Counted from the first letter of the stretch, positions 8,364 to 19,245 are shown. The stretch: 64,000 nucleotides of DNA from Candidatus Marinacidobacterium sp. (GCA_965204755.1 OZ242011.1:2624001-2688000), one strand, 5' to 3'. Numbers and translations: made by a program. The notes: generated by a model not told the origin, from the sequence alone.

Positions 8364-10544
8364 TTACCGGCCGAAGCGGTACGCGGCGGAGAGGCGGAGG
8401 CTGCGGCCGGGTTGGGGGACGACGGCGGGGAAGACCGCGAAGTACTCGTCGGTGGCGTTGTTCAGCGACAGCGTCCAGTCCATCCCGGAGAGCGGGCCGT
8501 CGTCCGGGCGGTAGCGGGCGAAGACATCCACCACCCGGTAGCCGTCCGACTCCTCGATGCCGGCGGGGACCTCCCGGCGTTCGCCGGCGAGCAGGACCCG
8601 GCCGCCGAGTTCCAGGCCCAGCGCCGGCGCCCGGACGCCCAGTTGGAAGAACAGCGAGTTCGCCGGGGCGTTCCCCAGGGTCAGGCCGCCGGCCTCGTCC
8701 ACCGTGTCGAGCAGCGAGCCGTTCAGGCGCATCCGCAGCCGGGGCCGTTCGTACCGGACGCCCGCCTCGCACCCGTTCAGCCGGGCGGAGAGGGAGCGGT
8801 TGTAGGTGGAGCCGGTGAGCGCTTCGCCGCCGCCGCCCGCCGCGTCCGCCACCGGGAACCGCGGGTCCACCAGCAGCACTTCCTGGGTGATGTAGTTGGC
8901 CACCGTCTGGCGGAAGCAGGCGCCGTCGAACGAGAGGGCGCCGCGCCCGCCCCGGAGGCCGGCCTCCCAGGCCGTCCCGCGCTCCGCCGGCAGGTCGGGC
9001 GAGGGGCGGAACCAGTTCAGCACCTGCACCGACCCGATGGGGAACTGGAAGTGGAGGCCGTCGGCGTACATCTCGGTCAGGCTCGGCGCCCGGAAGCCGC
9101 GCGCCGCCCCCACCCAGACGAATCCGGTTTCGCCGAGCAGCACGCCGGCGGTGGCCTGGGGGGAGACCTGGCTCTCGGAGCGCGCCTCGAACCGGTCCGA
9201 GGAAACGCTCCAGGAGTCCCGGCGCAGCCCGGCGGACACCCGCAGCCGCTCGCCGAGGTCCGCCTCCGCGTGGACGAACGCCGCGGCGTAGCCGACTTCG
9301 GCGTCGGGGAACTGCAGGCGGGCCGCCCCGTCGCGGGTGCCCGACTGGGTGTCCCGGTAGGCCTCCACCCCGGCGCCGAGCGCCAGCCGGCCCGCGCCGC
9401 CGAGCCGGAACCGGGCGGTGTTGTGCGCCTCGAACCCGAGGGTCTCGAACGCGCTTGCGTCGTGGCGCGGCTCGACGATCATCCGCTCGTCCACGGCGAT
9501 CGTGTTCCGGTAGGCGAGCAGGCGGAGGTCGAGCCGGTCGGAGTCCGGCGGACTCAGCCGCAGCGCGGCGCGCAGGCCGCCGAAGCCGGTGTCCCGGTTC
9601 ACCAGCGGGCCTTCGAGGGAGTTGGCGTTCGTCGGCTCCGCGCCCCGGCTGGCGAACCCCTGGTAGGAGAGTTCGACGCGCGCGCCCGCCGCCGGGTTCC
9701 AGCCGGTCTTCACCAGCGTGGAGCGGATCTCGTCTTCGGTGTTCGGGACCGCGGTTCCGTTCCCGTCGCGGATGGCTTCGCGCGCGCCGCCGATCGTCAG
9801 GTTGGCGAGCGCGTCGAAGTCGTCGTTCGCGGAGAAGACCGCGAAGGACTGCGACCGGTCGCGCCCGTTCGACTGGTACCCGACCCGGTACCGGCCGCCG
9901 AACCGCTGGCCGGGTTCGAGCAGCCCCCGGGCGCTGCGGGTGGTCAGCGCGACCACGCCGCCGAGCGCGCCGCTGCCGTAGAACGAGGAACTGGCGCCCC
10001 GCCGCACTTCCAGCCGCTCGATGAGGTCGGGGTCCACGAAGAACCGGCCGGCGTGGGCGCCGTTGAAGTTCTGGCGCCCGCCGTCCTGGCGGACGACCAC
10101 CTGCTCGTCGGAAAAGCCGCGGATGGCGGGCGACTCGGTGATCCGCCGGGCGTTCCCCTGGATGGAGACGCCGGGGATCCCCTCGAAGAGGTCGGTGAAG
10201 GCGCGGGGGACTTCCGACGCGGCCTCCCCGGCGGAGCGGACGGTGACCGCCGCCGGCACGGTGAGCAGCAGGGCTTCCGTCCGCAGGGCGGTCACCACCA
10301 CCGTCTCGGTGAACTCCGGCAGGTCGGCGCGAGGGTCTTCGCCGCCCGCGGCCCCGTTCGCGGCCCCGTTCGCGTCGTGGTTCGCGCCGTCGGCCGGCCG
10401 GTCCTCCGCGGCGGCTTCCGGGTCGGGGCGCTCGGCGGGCGGCTCCCGCTCCGGCTGCGCCGCCGCCGGCGCGGCGGCCGCGACCGCGAGCGCCAGGAAC
10501 GCACTCCGGCCCGCCCGCCGGAGACCCCGCGCCGATCGCATCAT
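8364..10544 (-). CDS. TonB-dependent receptor, haem/haemoglobin family
   Basis: Signal peptide, ETVVVTA TonB box, plug motifs (IRG...DGGRQNF; VRRGASSSFYGSGALGGVV), FRAPSLTEMY and C-terminal YRF. Confidence 0.85.
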   Translation of the reverse strand: MMRSARGLRRAGRSAFLALAVAAAAPAAAQPEREPPAERPDPEAAAEDRPADGANHDANGAANGAAGGEDPRADLPEFTETVVVTALRTEALLLTVPAAVTVRSAGEAASEVPRAFTDLFEGIPGVSIQGNARRITESPAIRGFSDEQVVVRQDGGRQNFNGAHAGRFFVDPDLIERLEVRRGASSSFYGSGALGGVVALTTRSARGLLEPGQRFGGRYRVGYQSNGRDRSQSFAVFSANDDFDALANLTIGGAREAIRDGNGTAVPNTEDEIRSTLVKTGWNPAAGARVELSYQGFASRGAEPTNANSLEGPLVNRDTGFGGLRAALRLSPPDSDRLDLRLLAYRNTIAVDERMIVEPRHDASAFETLGFEAHNTARFRLGGAGRLALGAGVEAYRDTQSGTRDGAARLQFPDAEVGYAAAFVHAEADLGERLRVSAGLRRDSWSVSSDRFEARSESQVSPQATAGVLLGETGFVWVGAARGFRAPSLTEMYADGLHFQFPIGSVQVLNWFRPSPDLPAERGTAWEAGLRGGRGALSFDGACFRQTVANYITQEVLLVDPRFPVADAAGGGGEALTGSTYNRSLSARLNGCEAGVRYERPRLRMRLNGSLLDTVDEAGGLTLGNAPANSLFFQLGVRAPALGLELGGRVLLAGERREVPAGIEESDGYRVVDVFARYRPDDGPLSGMDWTLSLNNATDEYFAVFPAVVPQPGRSLRLSAAYRFGR

Positions 10545-10558
10545 GAAATCGAGTTTCA
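10544..10558. promoter_or_regulatory. Fur-box-like palindrome TGAAATCGAGTTTCA
   Basis: 15-bp imperfect 7-1-7 inverted repeat touching the start codon of the haem receptor; AT-rich within a GC-rich context. Confidence 0.5.
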
Positions 10559-10614
10559 ACTTCGCGGGAAGACTAGACGCCGGGAACGGAAGCGGCAACC
10601 GGCCCGCGCCGCAC

Positions 10615-12318
10615 TCAGTAGCCGACGGCCGCGCCGTCCTTCCGGGGATCGGAGCCGCCCAGCAGCACGCCGTTCTCCCAATCGATTTCGATCGCCTGGT
10701 AGCCCCCGTAGGCCCCGAACCGGGTCTTCACCCCGTGCCCCATCCGGATCAGCGCCTGCCGGGTGTCCGAGTCGATCCCGGACTCCAGCCCCACCCCGTC
10801 GGAACCGTGGCGGAAGCGCGGCATCTCCCCGGCCTTTTGCACATGCATCCCGAACTCGATCCGGTTCAGCAGCACCTGCGTATGCCCCTGCGGCTGCATG
10901 TCCCCGCCCATCACCCCGTAGGTGATCCACGGGCGGCCGTCCCGGAACGCCATGCCCGGCATGTTCGTGTGGAGGGCGCGCTTCCCCGCCGCCAGTTCGT
11001 TCGGGTGCCCCGGTTCGAGCGAGTACCCGGTCCCCCGGTTCTGGAGCGCGATCCCGGTCCCCGGAACCACCAGCCCGGAGCCGAAACTCCCGAAGAGGCT
11101 GTAGATCAGCGAGACCGCGTTCCGGTCCTTATCGACCACCGTCAGGTAGATGGTGTCCCCGTCGTCGGTGAGTCCGGGGGCGACTTCCCGCGCCGCCCGG
11201 TCGCCGGAGATTTCGCCGCGCCGCGCCTCGGCGTACTCCTTCGACAGCAGGGTCTCCAGCGGCGCGCGCATGTGCTCCGGGTCGGCCAGGTAGGCGTCCC
11301 GGTCGGCGAAGGCGAGTTTCTTGGCCTCGACGAGATGGTGGAGGTAGGCGGCGGAGTTGTGGCCGAGCGCCGCCAGGTCGAAGCCCTCGAGCAGGTTCAG
11401 CATCTCGAGCGCGACGAACCCCTGCGAGTTCGGGGGGACTTGGAACACCTCGACCCCGCGGAAAGTCGTGCTGATCGGCTCTACCCAGTCCGAGTCGTGG
11501 GCGGCGAGGTCCTCGCGGGTGACGAAACCGCCCTCGGCCTCGAGGAAGTCGTGGATCCGGTCGGCGATCTCGCCCCGGTAGAAGACCTCCGGGCCTTCGT
11601 CGGCGATGCGCCGGAAGGTGCGGGCCAGGTCCGGCGAGCGGAAGACCTCCCCGTGCCGGGGGGCGCGCTCGCCGTCCACCAGGTAGTTGGCCGCCGCCGC
11701 CGGGTGGCGCCGCAGTTTCGCCTCCGCCGACTTCCACTGCGCGGCGATGATCTCGGAGACCGGGAAGCCGTCTTCCGCGTAGGCGATGGCCGGAGCGAGC
11801 AGGTCGCCGAGCGGGCGCGTGCCGAACCGGGTGGCGAGTTCGTCCCAGCCGTCGAGCGCGCCGGGGACGGTCACGACGAGCGGGCCGCTGCCGGGCATCC
11901 GCTCCAGCCCGCGCCCCCGGAGGTCGTCGGCGGAGGCCCGGGAGCCGGCGCGTCCGGTGGCGTTCAGCCCGTGGAGCGTGTCCGTCGCCGCTTCGTAGTA
12001 GAGGGCGAACAGGTCGCCGCCGATCCCGCACATCATCGGCTCGACCACATTGAGCACCGCCGCCGCGGCGACCGCGGCGTCCACCGCGTTGCCGCCGTCG
12101 AGCAGCACGCGCAGCCCGGCGGCGGAGGCCAGCGGCTGGCTGGTCGAGACCATCCCGTTCCGGGCGAGCACCGGGGAACGCCCCAGCCCGGCGTCGTCCG
12201 CCGGCCGGTCGGCGGTCTGCGCCGCCGCGGCGGCGGGAGCGCCGGCGGCGGGGGCGACCGGCGCGGCCGGGGCGGCGGGCAGGAATACGGACAGCGCGGT
12301 CAGGACGATGGTCTCCAT
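10615..12318 (-). CDS. ggt: Gamma-glutamyltransferase
   Basis: GGNAVDAAVAAAAVLNVVEP, GIGGDLF, catalytic DTIYL, GSG..LQNRG and GVMGGDMQPQG; signal peptide and GGAG SD. Confidence 0.95.
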   Translation of the reverse strand: METIVLTALSVFLPAAPAAPVAPAAGAPAAAAAQTADRPADDAGLGRSPVLARNGMVSTSQPLASAAGLRVLLDGGNAVDAAVAAAAVLNVVEPMMCGIGGDLFALYYEAATDTLHGLNATGRAGSRASADDLRGRGLERMPGSGPLVVTVPGALDGWDELATRFGTRPLGDLLAPAIAYAEDGFPVSEIIAAQWKSAEAKLRRHPAAAANYLVDGERAPRHGEVFRSPDLARTFRRIADEGPEVFYRGEIADRIHDFLEAEGGFVTREDLAAHDSDWVEPISTTFRGVEVFQVPPNSQGFVALEMLNLLEGFDLAALGHNSAAYLHHLVEAKKLAFADRDAYLADPEHMRAPLETLLSKEYAEARRGEISGDRAAREVAPGLTDDGDTIYLTVVDKDRNAVSLIYSLFGSFGSGLVVPGTGIALQNRGTGYSLEPGHPNELAAGKRALHTNMPGMAFRDGRPWITYGVMGGDMQPQGHTQVLLNRIEFGMHVQKAGEMPRFRHGSDGVGLESGIDSDTRQALIRMGHGVKTRFGAYGGYQAIEIDWENGVLLGGSDPRKDGAAVGY

Positions 12319-12395
12319 GGGCGGGGGCTCCTTCCCGGAATGCTACGCACCGGCTCGGGGGGCGAGGCGGCGCGGGACGGCCCGCGCCGGCGGCC

Positions 12396-14165
12396 CTACT
12401 TCTTCTTCGCCGACCCCTTCGCCGGCCCCTTCGCCGGCCCCATCGCCTGCCGGGCCCGGAGCCGCGCCCACGAGTCCCGGAGCGTGACCGTCCGGTTCAG
12501 CACCGGCGCGTCCGGCCGGTGGTCCTCCGCGTCGGCGCAGAAGTAGCCGAGCCGCTCCAACTGGATCCGTTCCCCCGGCCCGAGGTCGCGGACAGCGGGC
12601 TCCACCCGCGCGTCCCGGACGATCCGGACCGAGTCCGGGTTCAGGTCCTCCAGGTAGTCCCGCTCGCGCCCCGGCTCCTCGGCGAGGAACAGCCGGTCGT
12701 AGAGCCGCGCCTCCACCGGGACCGCGTGCTCCGCCGAGACCCAGTGGATCGTCCCCCGCACCCGCCGGCCGTCCGGCGCGGTCCCGCCCCGGCTGGCGGG
12801 GTCGAGCCGGCAGCGCACTTCGGTGACCCGCCCGGAGGCGTCCCGCTCGAACCCGGTGCAGGTCGCCAGGTAGGCGTAGCGGAGCCGCACTTCCCGCCCC
12901 GGCGCGAGCCGGAAGTACTTCGGCGGCGGCTCGGCGGCGAAGTCGCTCCGCTCGATGAACAACTTCCCGGAGAAGGGGACCGGGCGCGTCCCGGCCGCGG
13001 GGTCCTCCGGGTTGTTCCCGGCCTCGAGCGGCTCCTCCGCTCCTGCGGGCAGGTTCTCGACCACCAGCGGCAGCGGGTCGAGCACGCCCATCAGGCGGCG
13101 GCTGGTCCGGTTCAACTCCTCGCGCACCGCGTGTTCGAGGAGCGCCAGGTCCACCACGCTCTCCCGCTTCGCCACCCCGATCCGGTCGCAGAAGTTGCGG
13201 ATCGCCGCCGGGGGGACGCCGCGCCGGCGCAGGCCGGCGATGGTGGGCATCCGGGGGTCGTCCCAGCCGGCGACCGCGCCGCCCTCCACCAGCCCGGCCA
13301 GCCGCCGCTTGCTCAGCACCGTGTAGCCCAGGTTCAGCCGGGCGAACTCGATCTGCCGGGGGACGAAGGGCGCCCCGCTCTCCGCCACGCACCAGTCGTA
13401 GAGCGGGCGGTGGTCCTCGAACTCCAGGGTGCAGAGCGAGTGGGTGATCTCCTCGATCGCGTCGGACAGCGAGTGCGCGAAGTCGTACATCGGGTAGATG
13501 AGCCAGTCCTCGCCGGTGCGGTGGTGGCGCAGCCGGCGGATGCGGTAGAGGGTCGGGTCGCGCAGGTTCAGGTTGGGCGCCGCCATGTCGATCCGGGCGC
13601 GGAGCACGCAGGCGCCGTCCGGGAACTCCCCGGCGCGCATCCGCCGGAACCGGTCGAGGTTCTCTTCCGGCGGGCGGCCGCGCCAGGGGCTCTCCCGGCC
13701 CGGTGACTCCAAGGTGCCCCGGGTCTCCCGGATCTGGTCGGCGGTCTGGTCGTCCACATACGCCTTGCCCCGGCGGATCAGGGTCTCGGCGTAGTCGTAG
13801 AGGCGCTCGAAGTAGTCGGAGGCGAACCGGGGCGGCCCGTCGTGGCGGTAGCCCAGCCACTCCACATCGCGGGCGATGGCGTCCACGAAGAGCGCCTCTT
13901 CCTTCGCCGGGTTCGTGTCGTCGTAGCGGAGGTTGCAGGTCCCCCCGTTCTCGGCGGCGACGCCGAAGTTGAGCACCATGGACTTGGCGTGGCCGATGTG
14001 GAGGTAGCCGTTCGGCTCCGGGGGGAAGCGGGTCCCCACGCGGCCGCCGTGCTTGCCGGCGGCGCGGTCGGCGGCGACTTCCGCCCGGATGAAGTCCGCG
14101 GGCGGCGGGGCGGCGACGGCCGCGCCGGCCGCTGCGGGCGCCGGCCCGCGCCCGGGGGGGCTCAC
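12396..14165 (-). CDS. glnS: Glutamine--tRNA ligase
   Basis: TRFPPEPNGYLHIGHAK (HIGH), YPMYDFAH, LSKR and QLERLGYF. GTG start overlaps the upstream stop (GTGA). Confidence 0.97.
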   Translation of the reverse strand: MSPPGRGPAPAAAGAAVAAPPPADFIRAEVAADRAAGKHGGRVGTRFPPEPNGYLHIGHAKSMVLNFGVAAENGGTCNLRYDDTNPAKEEALFVDAIARDVEWLGYRHDGPPRFASDYFERLYDYAETLIRRGKAYVDDQTADQIRETRGTLESPGRESPWRGRPPEENLDRFRRMRAGEFPDGACVLRARIDMAAPNLNLRDPTLYRIRRLRHHRTGEDWLIYPMYDFAHSLSDAIEEITHSLCTLEFEDHRPLYDWCVAESGAPFVPRQIEFARLNLGYTVLSKRRLAGLVEGGAVAGWDDPRMPTIAGLRRRGVPPAAIRNFCDRIGVAKRESVVDLALLEHAVREELNRTSRRLMGVLDPLPLVVENLPAGAEEPLEAGNNPEDPAAGTRPVPFSGKLFIERSDFAAEPPPKYFRLAPGREVRLRYAYLATCTGFERDASGRVTEVRCRLDPASRGGTAPDGRRVRGTIHWVSAEHAVPVEARLYDRLFLAEEPGRERDYLEDLNPDSVRIVRDARVEPAVRDLGPGERIQLERLGYFCADAEDHRPDAPVLNRTVTLRDSWARLRARQAMGPAKGPAKGSAKKK

Positions 14166-14980
14166 CGGACTTCCGGCCCCCCGCGCCGGTCGTCGCGCAC
14201 GAACCGGTCGCGCGCCGGCATCGCGATCCGGGGCAGGGACTCGGCGTCGAGCGAATCCCCCGGTTCCAGCAGCCGGTTCAGGTGGAGCACATAGGCCGTC
14301 AGCGCGTACACATCCTCCGCCGGCAGCGTCCCCGGCGCGGCCTGCGGCATGGCGCGGCGGATGTAGTCGAACAGCGTCGTCGCGTACGGCCAGTAACTCC
14401 CCACGGTGATGGGGTAGCGGTTCGTCTCGGAGAACCGGAACTCGTCCCCCGGCGTCCGCCCGGCGAGCGCCTCGTAGTCCGCGCCCTCCCCCCGGAGCCC
14501 GTGGCACTGCACGCACTGCAGCCGGTAGAGCGTCTCCCCGCGCTCGACGCTCCCCCGACCGGGCGGCAGCCCTTCGCCCTCCGGGCCGATGTCGATGTCC
14601 CAGGCGGCGATCCGCTCGGCGCTCGCGGGTTCCCCGAAACCGAAGTCGGGGAGGTCGGCCAGGGACTCCAACGCCTCCCGCCGGGCGGCGTCGAGCGCCT
14701 CCCGCTCCGCCGGGTTCAGGAGGCCCGGCATCCCCGGATGGAGTTCCGGCCGCGGAAGGGCCGGACGGCTCCGGGGCGACGCCCCTTCGCCGCCGGGCGC
14801 CGCCCCGTCGCCGCCGGGCACCGCCCCGTCGCCGCCTGCCGCCGTCCCTTCGCCGCCCGCCGCCGCGCCCTCCCCCCGGTCGCCGCCCCCGCCCGCCGGC
14901 GCCGCCGGTTCCCCGGACGGCGAACACCCGCCGACGAGGAGGAGCAGCCCCAGGGCGGCGAAGGCCCGCGCCCCGGTCAT
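14162..14980 (-). CDS. soxD: SoxD-like mono-haem cytochrome c (probable lipoprotein)
   Basis: CVQCH haem motif, WDIDIGPEGEGLPPGRGS, TVGSYWPYATTLFDYIRRAMP and LLVGGC lipobox. Confidence 0.8.
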   Translation of the reverse strand: MTGARAFAALGLLLLVGGCSPSGEPAAPAGGGGDRGEGAAAGGEGTAAGGDGAVPGGDGAAPGGEGASPRSRPALPRPELHPGMPGLLNPAEREALDAARREALESLADLPDFGFGEPASAERIAAWDIDIGPEGEGLPPGRGSVERGETLYRLQCVQCHGLRGEGADYEALAGRTPGDEFRFSETNRYPITVGSYWPYATTLFDYIRRAMPQAAPGTLPAEDVYALTAYVLHLNRLLEPGDSLDAESLPRIAMPARDRFVRDDRRGGPEVR

Positions 14981-15038
14981 CGCCGCGCCCCCGATACCCC
15001 CTGCGGATCCCGGCCGGAGGGGCTCTTCCACCCGCCGT

Positions 15039-16349
15039 TCAACCGGCGAAGAAGACTCGTCCGTCGGACTCCACGCGCCAGGATCGGATCTGGTTGAAGT
15101 GGTAGCGGGTGTAGGAGCCCCGCGCCCGGTGGAGTTCCTCGCGGGTGGGCTGGACATACCCGGTCTCGTCCGTCGCCCGGCTCATCAGCGTCGCCGGCCG
15201 CCCGTCCCAGTCCCACAGGCGCCGGAAGCGGACATGGCACTTCGGCAGCACCGGCTCCTGGAGTTCCGCGTCCTCCCAACTCCCCCCGCCGTCGGTCGAG
15301 ACCTCCACCCGCGTGATCCGCCCCCGCCCGGTCCAGGCCAGCCCCCGGACCTCCCACAGCCCCGGCCCCGGAAGCCGCGCCGGCCAGGTCGGGTAGGTGA
15401 GCAGCGACTTGGCGTCCATGGTGAAACTGAACATCCGCGCCTTCCCGCCGGGCAGCGGGTCGGTGTACTTCGAGGTCTCCTCGCGGGTCATGAACGGGCG
15501 GTCGGAGACTTCGAGCCGCCGCAGCCACTTCACGCTGGCGTTCCCCTCCCAGCCGGGCAGGAACAGCCGCACCGGGTAGCCCTGCTCCGGGCGGAGCGGC
15601 TCGCCGTTCTGGGCGTAGGCGAGGATGGCGTCGTCCCAGGCCTTCTCCATCGGCACCGACCGGGTCATCACCGCGCCGTCCATCGCCTCGGCCAGGAACC
15701 AACTCGCCCGCGGGTCCGCGCCCACTTCGCGGAAGACCAGTTTCAGCGGCACGCCGGTCCACTCGCTCGCGCTGGTGAGGCCGTCCATCTGCTGGGCGCT
15801 CATCTCCCGGAGGCGCCCGCCGTTCCGGAAGGCGGTCCCGCCGTTGCCGGAGCACTCGAGGAACCGCAGCCGGGAGTCCGCCGGGAACCGCTTCAGGTCG
15901 GCCAGCCGGTAGGTGGTGGGCCGCTCCACCATCCCGTGCACCAGCAGTTCGTAGCGCTCCGGGTCGATGTTGGGGATCCCGGCGTGGTGCCGCTCGAAGT
16001 GGAGGTCCGCCGGGGTGACGATTCCCCGGAGGTACTCGAGCGGCGTCCGGGAGGAGGCGGAGGGTTCGACGGAGGGCGCGAGCCGCTCCGGCGTCTCGAA
16101 CGGCGACCGGGAGCCGACCGGGCTGGTCAACCGCCCCTGCATCTTGGTGGGGTCCTCCGGCGCCCGGGGCCGCCGCGCCGGCGGCTGAGCGCCGACGGCG
16201 CCGGAAGCCCCGAGCAGCGGCGCCGAAGCCGCCCCGACGATCCCGGCGAGCACCCGGCGCCGCCCGGTCTTTCCGGGGGCCTTCGGTTCGGCGGCGGGGC
16301 CTTCCGGATCGGGCGGTTCGGCGGTCGGGGACGCGGGAAGCGGAGTCAT
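15039..16349 (-). CDS. soxC: SoxC-type molybdopterin sulfite/sulfane dehydrogenase
   Basis: Tat-like RRRVL, HFERHHAG, LECSGNG Moco cysteine and EQGYPVRLFLPGWEGNASVKWL. Confidence 0.9.
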   Translation of the reverse strand: MTPLPASPTAEPPDPEGPAAEPKAPGKTGRRRVLAGIVGAASAPLLGASGAVGAQPPARRPRAPEDPTKMQGRLTSPVGSRSPFETPERLAPSVEPSASSRTPLEYLRGIVTPADLHFERHHAGIPNIDPERYELLVHGMVERPTTYRLADLKRFPADSRLRFLECSGNGGTAFRNGGRLREMSAQQMDGLTSASEWTGVPLKLVFREVGADPRASWFLAEAMDGAVMTRSVPMEKAWDDAILAYAQNGEPLRPEQGYPVRLFLPGWEGNASVKWLRRLEVSDRPFMTREETSKYTDPLPGGKARMFSFTMDAKSLLTYPTWPARLPGPGLWEVRGLAWTGRGRITRVEVSTDGGGSWEDAELQEPVLPKCHVRFRRLWDWDGRPATLMSRATDETGYVQPTREELHRARGSYTRYHFNQIRSWRVESDGRVFFAG

Positions 16350-16523
16350 CGGGGGCGCGGATTATCGCGGATGGGGCCGTCCGCCGACGGACGCGCCGGG
16401 TTCGGTAAACTGACCGGCTCGCCGGGACTCGGGGGCCGGCCCCGGCGCTGCCGCGCGGCGGGCTCGCTCACGACGATTCCGGCCCCCTCACGATCCCGCG
16501 TACCGGGAGGAGAACCGAGACCC

Positions 16524-16943
16524 ATGGCCAGCCTCAAAGGATCGAAGACCCACCAGAACCTCAAGGACGCCTTCGCCGGCGAGTCGCAGGCGAACCGGCG
16601 CTACCTCTACTTCGCCAAGGTGGCGGACATCGAGGGCTACCCGGAGGTCGCCGGCAACTTCCGCGAGACCGCCGAAGGCGAGACCGGCCACGCCCACGGC
16701 CACCTCGACTACCTGAAGCCGGTGGGCGACCCGGCCACCGACCTGCCGATCGGCGACACCTCGCAGAACCTCGCCTCGGCGGTGCACGGCGAGACCTACG
16801 AGTACACCGACATGTACCCGGGCATGGCCAAGACCGCCCGCGAGGAGGGCTTCGGCGAGATCGCCGACTGGTTCGAGACGCTGGCCAAGGCGGAGAAGTC
16901 CCACGCCGGCCGGTTCCAGTCCCTGCTCGACGACCTGGGCTGA
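16524..16943 (+). CDS. rbr: Short (aerobic-type) rubrerythrin
   Basis: [46 protein letters not shown] and EKSHA; GGAGGAG SD. Confidence 0.95.
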   Translation: MASLKGSKTHQNLKDAFAGESQANRRYLYFAKVADIEGYPEVAGNFRETAEGETGHAHGHLDYLKPVGDPATDLPIGDTSQNLASAVHGETYEYTDMYPGMAKTAREEGFGEIADWFETLAKAEKSHAGRFQSLLDDLG

Positions 16944-16949
16944 CGCCCC

Positions 16950-17095
16950 GCGGAAGGAACGCCCCGCCCTTGCCTTCTCGACCGGAAGGCGTCGAGTCCC
17001 CGTTCGGTTCGCCGGCGGGGCGCTCCGGGGGGACGCCCCCTCCGCGCACCCCTCCCCGGTCGGCGCTTCGCGCCGACGGGCGCTCGCCGGACTTC
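16950..17095 (+). repeat. Shortened copy of dispersed intergenic element (hairpin GTCGGCGC-TTC-GCGCCGAC)
   Basis: Shares gccccgccct..ttctcgac..agtccccgttcgg and the 17059-17077 hairpin with 58180-58382. Confidence 0.65.
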
Positions 17096-17161
17096 CTCCG
17101 CGGGCGCCCGAAGTGAGCGCGACGGGCGACGCCCCGCCGCCCGAACCGGGGGAGGCGCCCC

Positions 17162-18622
17162 TTGCCTGAGCCGCGTCCCGGCGCGTCCGCTTCGAAGTCT
17201 CCGGGTTCGAAGGCGCCGCCATCGGTCCTTCCCGGGCCGGACCTCTGCTACGACCCGGCGGAGGAGCGCTACCTCGACCCGGCCAGCCTGCGCGCGGAGA
17301 TGGACCGGGCGTTCGACATCTGCCACGGCTGCCGGATGTGCTTCAAGTACTGCGACAGTTTCCGCGACCTGTTCCGGATCGTGGACGAGGCGCGGGACGG
17401 GGACGCGCGGGCGCTCTCCGACGGGGAGCGGGACGAGGTCATGGCCGGCTGCTTCCAGTGCAAGCAGTGCGAGTTCGCCTGCCCCTACACCCCGGGGAAG
17501 GGGCACGAGTTCCAGTTGGACTTCCCGAACCTGGTCCACCGCCACGCCGCCGTCCGGCGGGCGGAGGCCCCGCCCCGGGGCCGCGCGGCGCTGCGCGACC
17601 GGATGCTCTCCGACCCCGACCGCGCCGGGCGGATGCAGCGCCTCCTGCCGGTGGTGGCCGCGCAGGCGGCGAACACCCGGCCGGCGCGCTGGTGCCTCGA
17701 AAAGGCCGTCGGCATCCACCGGGAGAAACTCCTGCCGCCCTTCGCCCGCGAGTCCTTCGACGACTGGGCGGGAAGGAACCGGCCGGCGCCGGCGCCGGGG
17801 CGGGAAGCGGTGCTGTTCCCCACCTGCTATGTCCAGAACAACGAGCCGGGGATCGGCCGGGACACCCTCGAAGTGCTCGACCGGAACCGGGTGGAGACGG
17901 ACTGCGTCCCCGGCCTCGCCTGCTGCGGGATGCCGGCCTGGGAAGGCGGCGACCTCGCCGCCGTGCAGCGCTCGGCGGCCCGCAACCTGTCCCTCCTCGC
18001 GCCCTTCGTCGAGGCCGGTTCCCGGGTGATCGCGGTGAACCCCACCTGCTCCATGCTGATGCGCAAGGAGTACCCGACGCTCGTCCCGCCGGGGCAGCGG
18101 GAAGCCGCGCGGCGGCTGGCGGAAGCGGTGCGCGACCCCTCCGAGTACCTCTGGAGTCTCCGCCGGGAGGAGCGGTTCAACACCGACTTCCGCTCCTCGC
18201 CGGGCGAGAAGGTGGCCTACCACGCGCCCTGCCACCTGCGGGCGCAGGGGGTCGGGTTCCGGGCGCGCGACCTGTTCCGCAAGATCCCCGGCGTCACCCC
18301 GGTGGCGACGCTCGAATGCTCCGGCCACGACGGGACCTGGGCGATGAAGACCGAGGGGTTCGCCCCGTCCGTCGCCGCCGGGAAGAAGGCCTTCGACTCC
18401 ATGCGCGAGGCGGACGCGCCGGTGTGGGCGACCGACTGCCCGCTCGCCGCGATCCAGTTCGAGCAGCACGCCGGGAAGAAGCCGCTCCACCCGATGACGC
18501 TGCTGGCGCGCGCCTACCGGGAGGACGGTTTCGAGACCCGCCTGCCTCCGGCCCCGGAACCCCCGCCGGCCGCGCCCGCCTCGCCGGCCGCGCCCGCCCC
18601 GCCGTTGGCGCCCGCCCGGTGA
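17162..18622 (+). CDS. Rubrerythrin-associated Fe-S oxidoreductase (GlpC/HdrD-like, CCG domains)
   Basis: [34 protein letters not shown] and CSGHDGTW. Start uncertain. Confidence 0.9.
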   Translation: MPEPRPGASASKSPGSKAPPSVLPGPDLCYDPAEERYLDPASLRAEMDRAFDICHGCRMCFKYCDSFRDLFRIVDEARDGDARALSDGERDEVMAGCFQCKQCEFACPYTPGKGHEFQLDFPNLVHRHAAVRRAEAPPRGRAALRDRMLSDPDRAGRMQRLLPVVAAQAANTRPARWCLEKAVGIHREKLLPPFARESFDDWAGRNRPAPAPGREAVLFPTCYVQNNEPGIGRDTLEVLDRNRVETDCVPGLACCGMPAWEGGDLAAVQRSAARNLSLLAPFVEAGSRVIAVNPTCSMLMRKEYPTLVPPGQREAARRLAEAVRDPSEYLWSLRREERFNTDFRSSPGEKVAYHAPCHLRAQGVGFRARDLFRKIPGVTPVATLECSGHDGTWAMKTEGFAPSVAAGKKAFDSMREADAPVWATDCPLAAIQFEQHAGKKPLHPMTLLARAYREDGFETRLPPAPEPPPAAPASPAAPAPPLAPAR

Positions 18623-19245
18623 GCGCGCGCCGCCCCCCGCCGCGCCGGCCGGTGCGGCGCGAGGAAGTCCTCGACTTCGAGACCTACGAGGATGTCCGGC
18701 GGGAAGTCCGCGCCTCGGCGATGGCGGCGAAGTCCCGGCGGCGGGCGCACCTCGGCCCGAACCTGACCTTCCTCTTCGAGAACCACGAGACCATGCGCTA
18801 CCAAGTGCTCGAAATGGTGCGCGCCGAGCGGATCGTGCGCGAGTCCGCGATCCGCCACGAGATCGACACCTACAACGAGTTGCTCGGCGGGCCGGGCGAG
18901 ATCGGCGCGTCCCTGCTCATCGAGTTCGACGACCCCGGGGAGCGCGACCGCCGGCTGGTCGAGTGGCGCGGCCTGGTGGAGCGCCTCTACCTGCGGCTCC
19001 CCGGCGGGAAGAAGGCCTACGCGGTCTTCGACCCCCGGCAAGTCGGCGACGACCGCCTCTCCTCCGTCCAGTACCTGAAGTTCGACACCGGCGGCGAGAC
19101 CCCGCTCGCCGTGGGGAGCGACTTCCCGGCGCTGGAGTTGGAGCGCGAACTCGACGAGGACCAGCGCCGGGCCCTCGCCGAGGACCTCGCCGAGGGTCTT
19201 GCCGAGGGCCTCGCCGGGGGCGAATCCGCCCCCGCCCCCGGCTAA
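18619..19245 (+). CDS. DUF3501 family protein
   Basis: [23 protein letters not shown] and IDTYNELL; GTGA-coupled to the Fe-S gene; known partner of rubrerythrin operons. Confidence 0.9.
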   Translation: MSARRPPPRRPVRREEVLDFETYEDVRREVRASAMAAKSRRRAHLGPNLTFLFENHETMRYQVLEMVRAERIVRESAIRHEIDTYNELLGGPGEIGASLLIEFDDPGERDRRLVEWRGLVERLYLRLPGGKKAYAVFDPRQVGDDRLSSVQYLKFDTGGETPLAVGSDFPALELERELDEDQRRALAEDLAEGLAEGLAGGESAPAPG

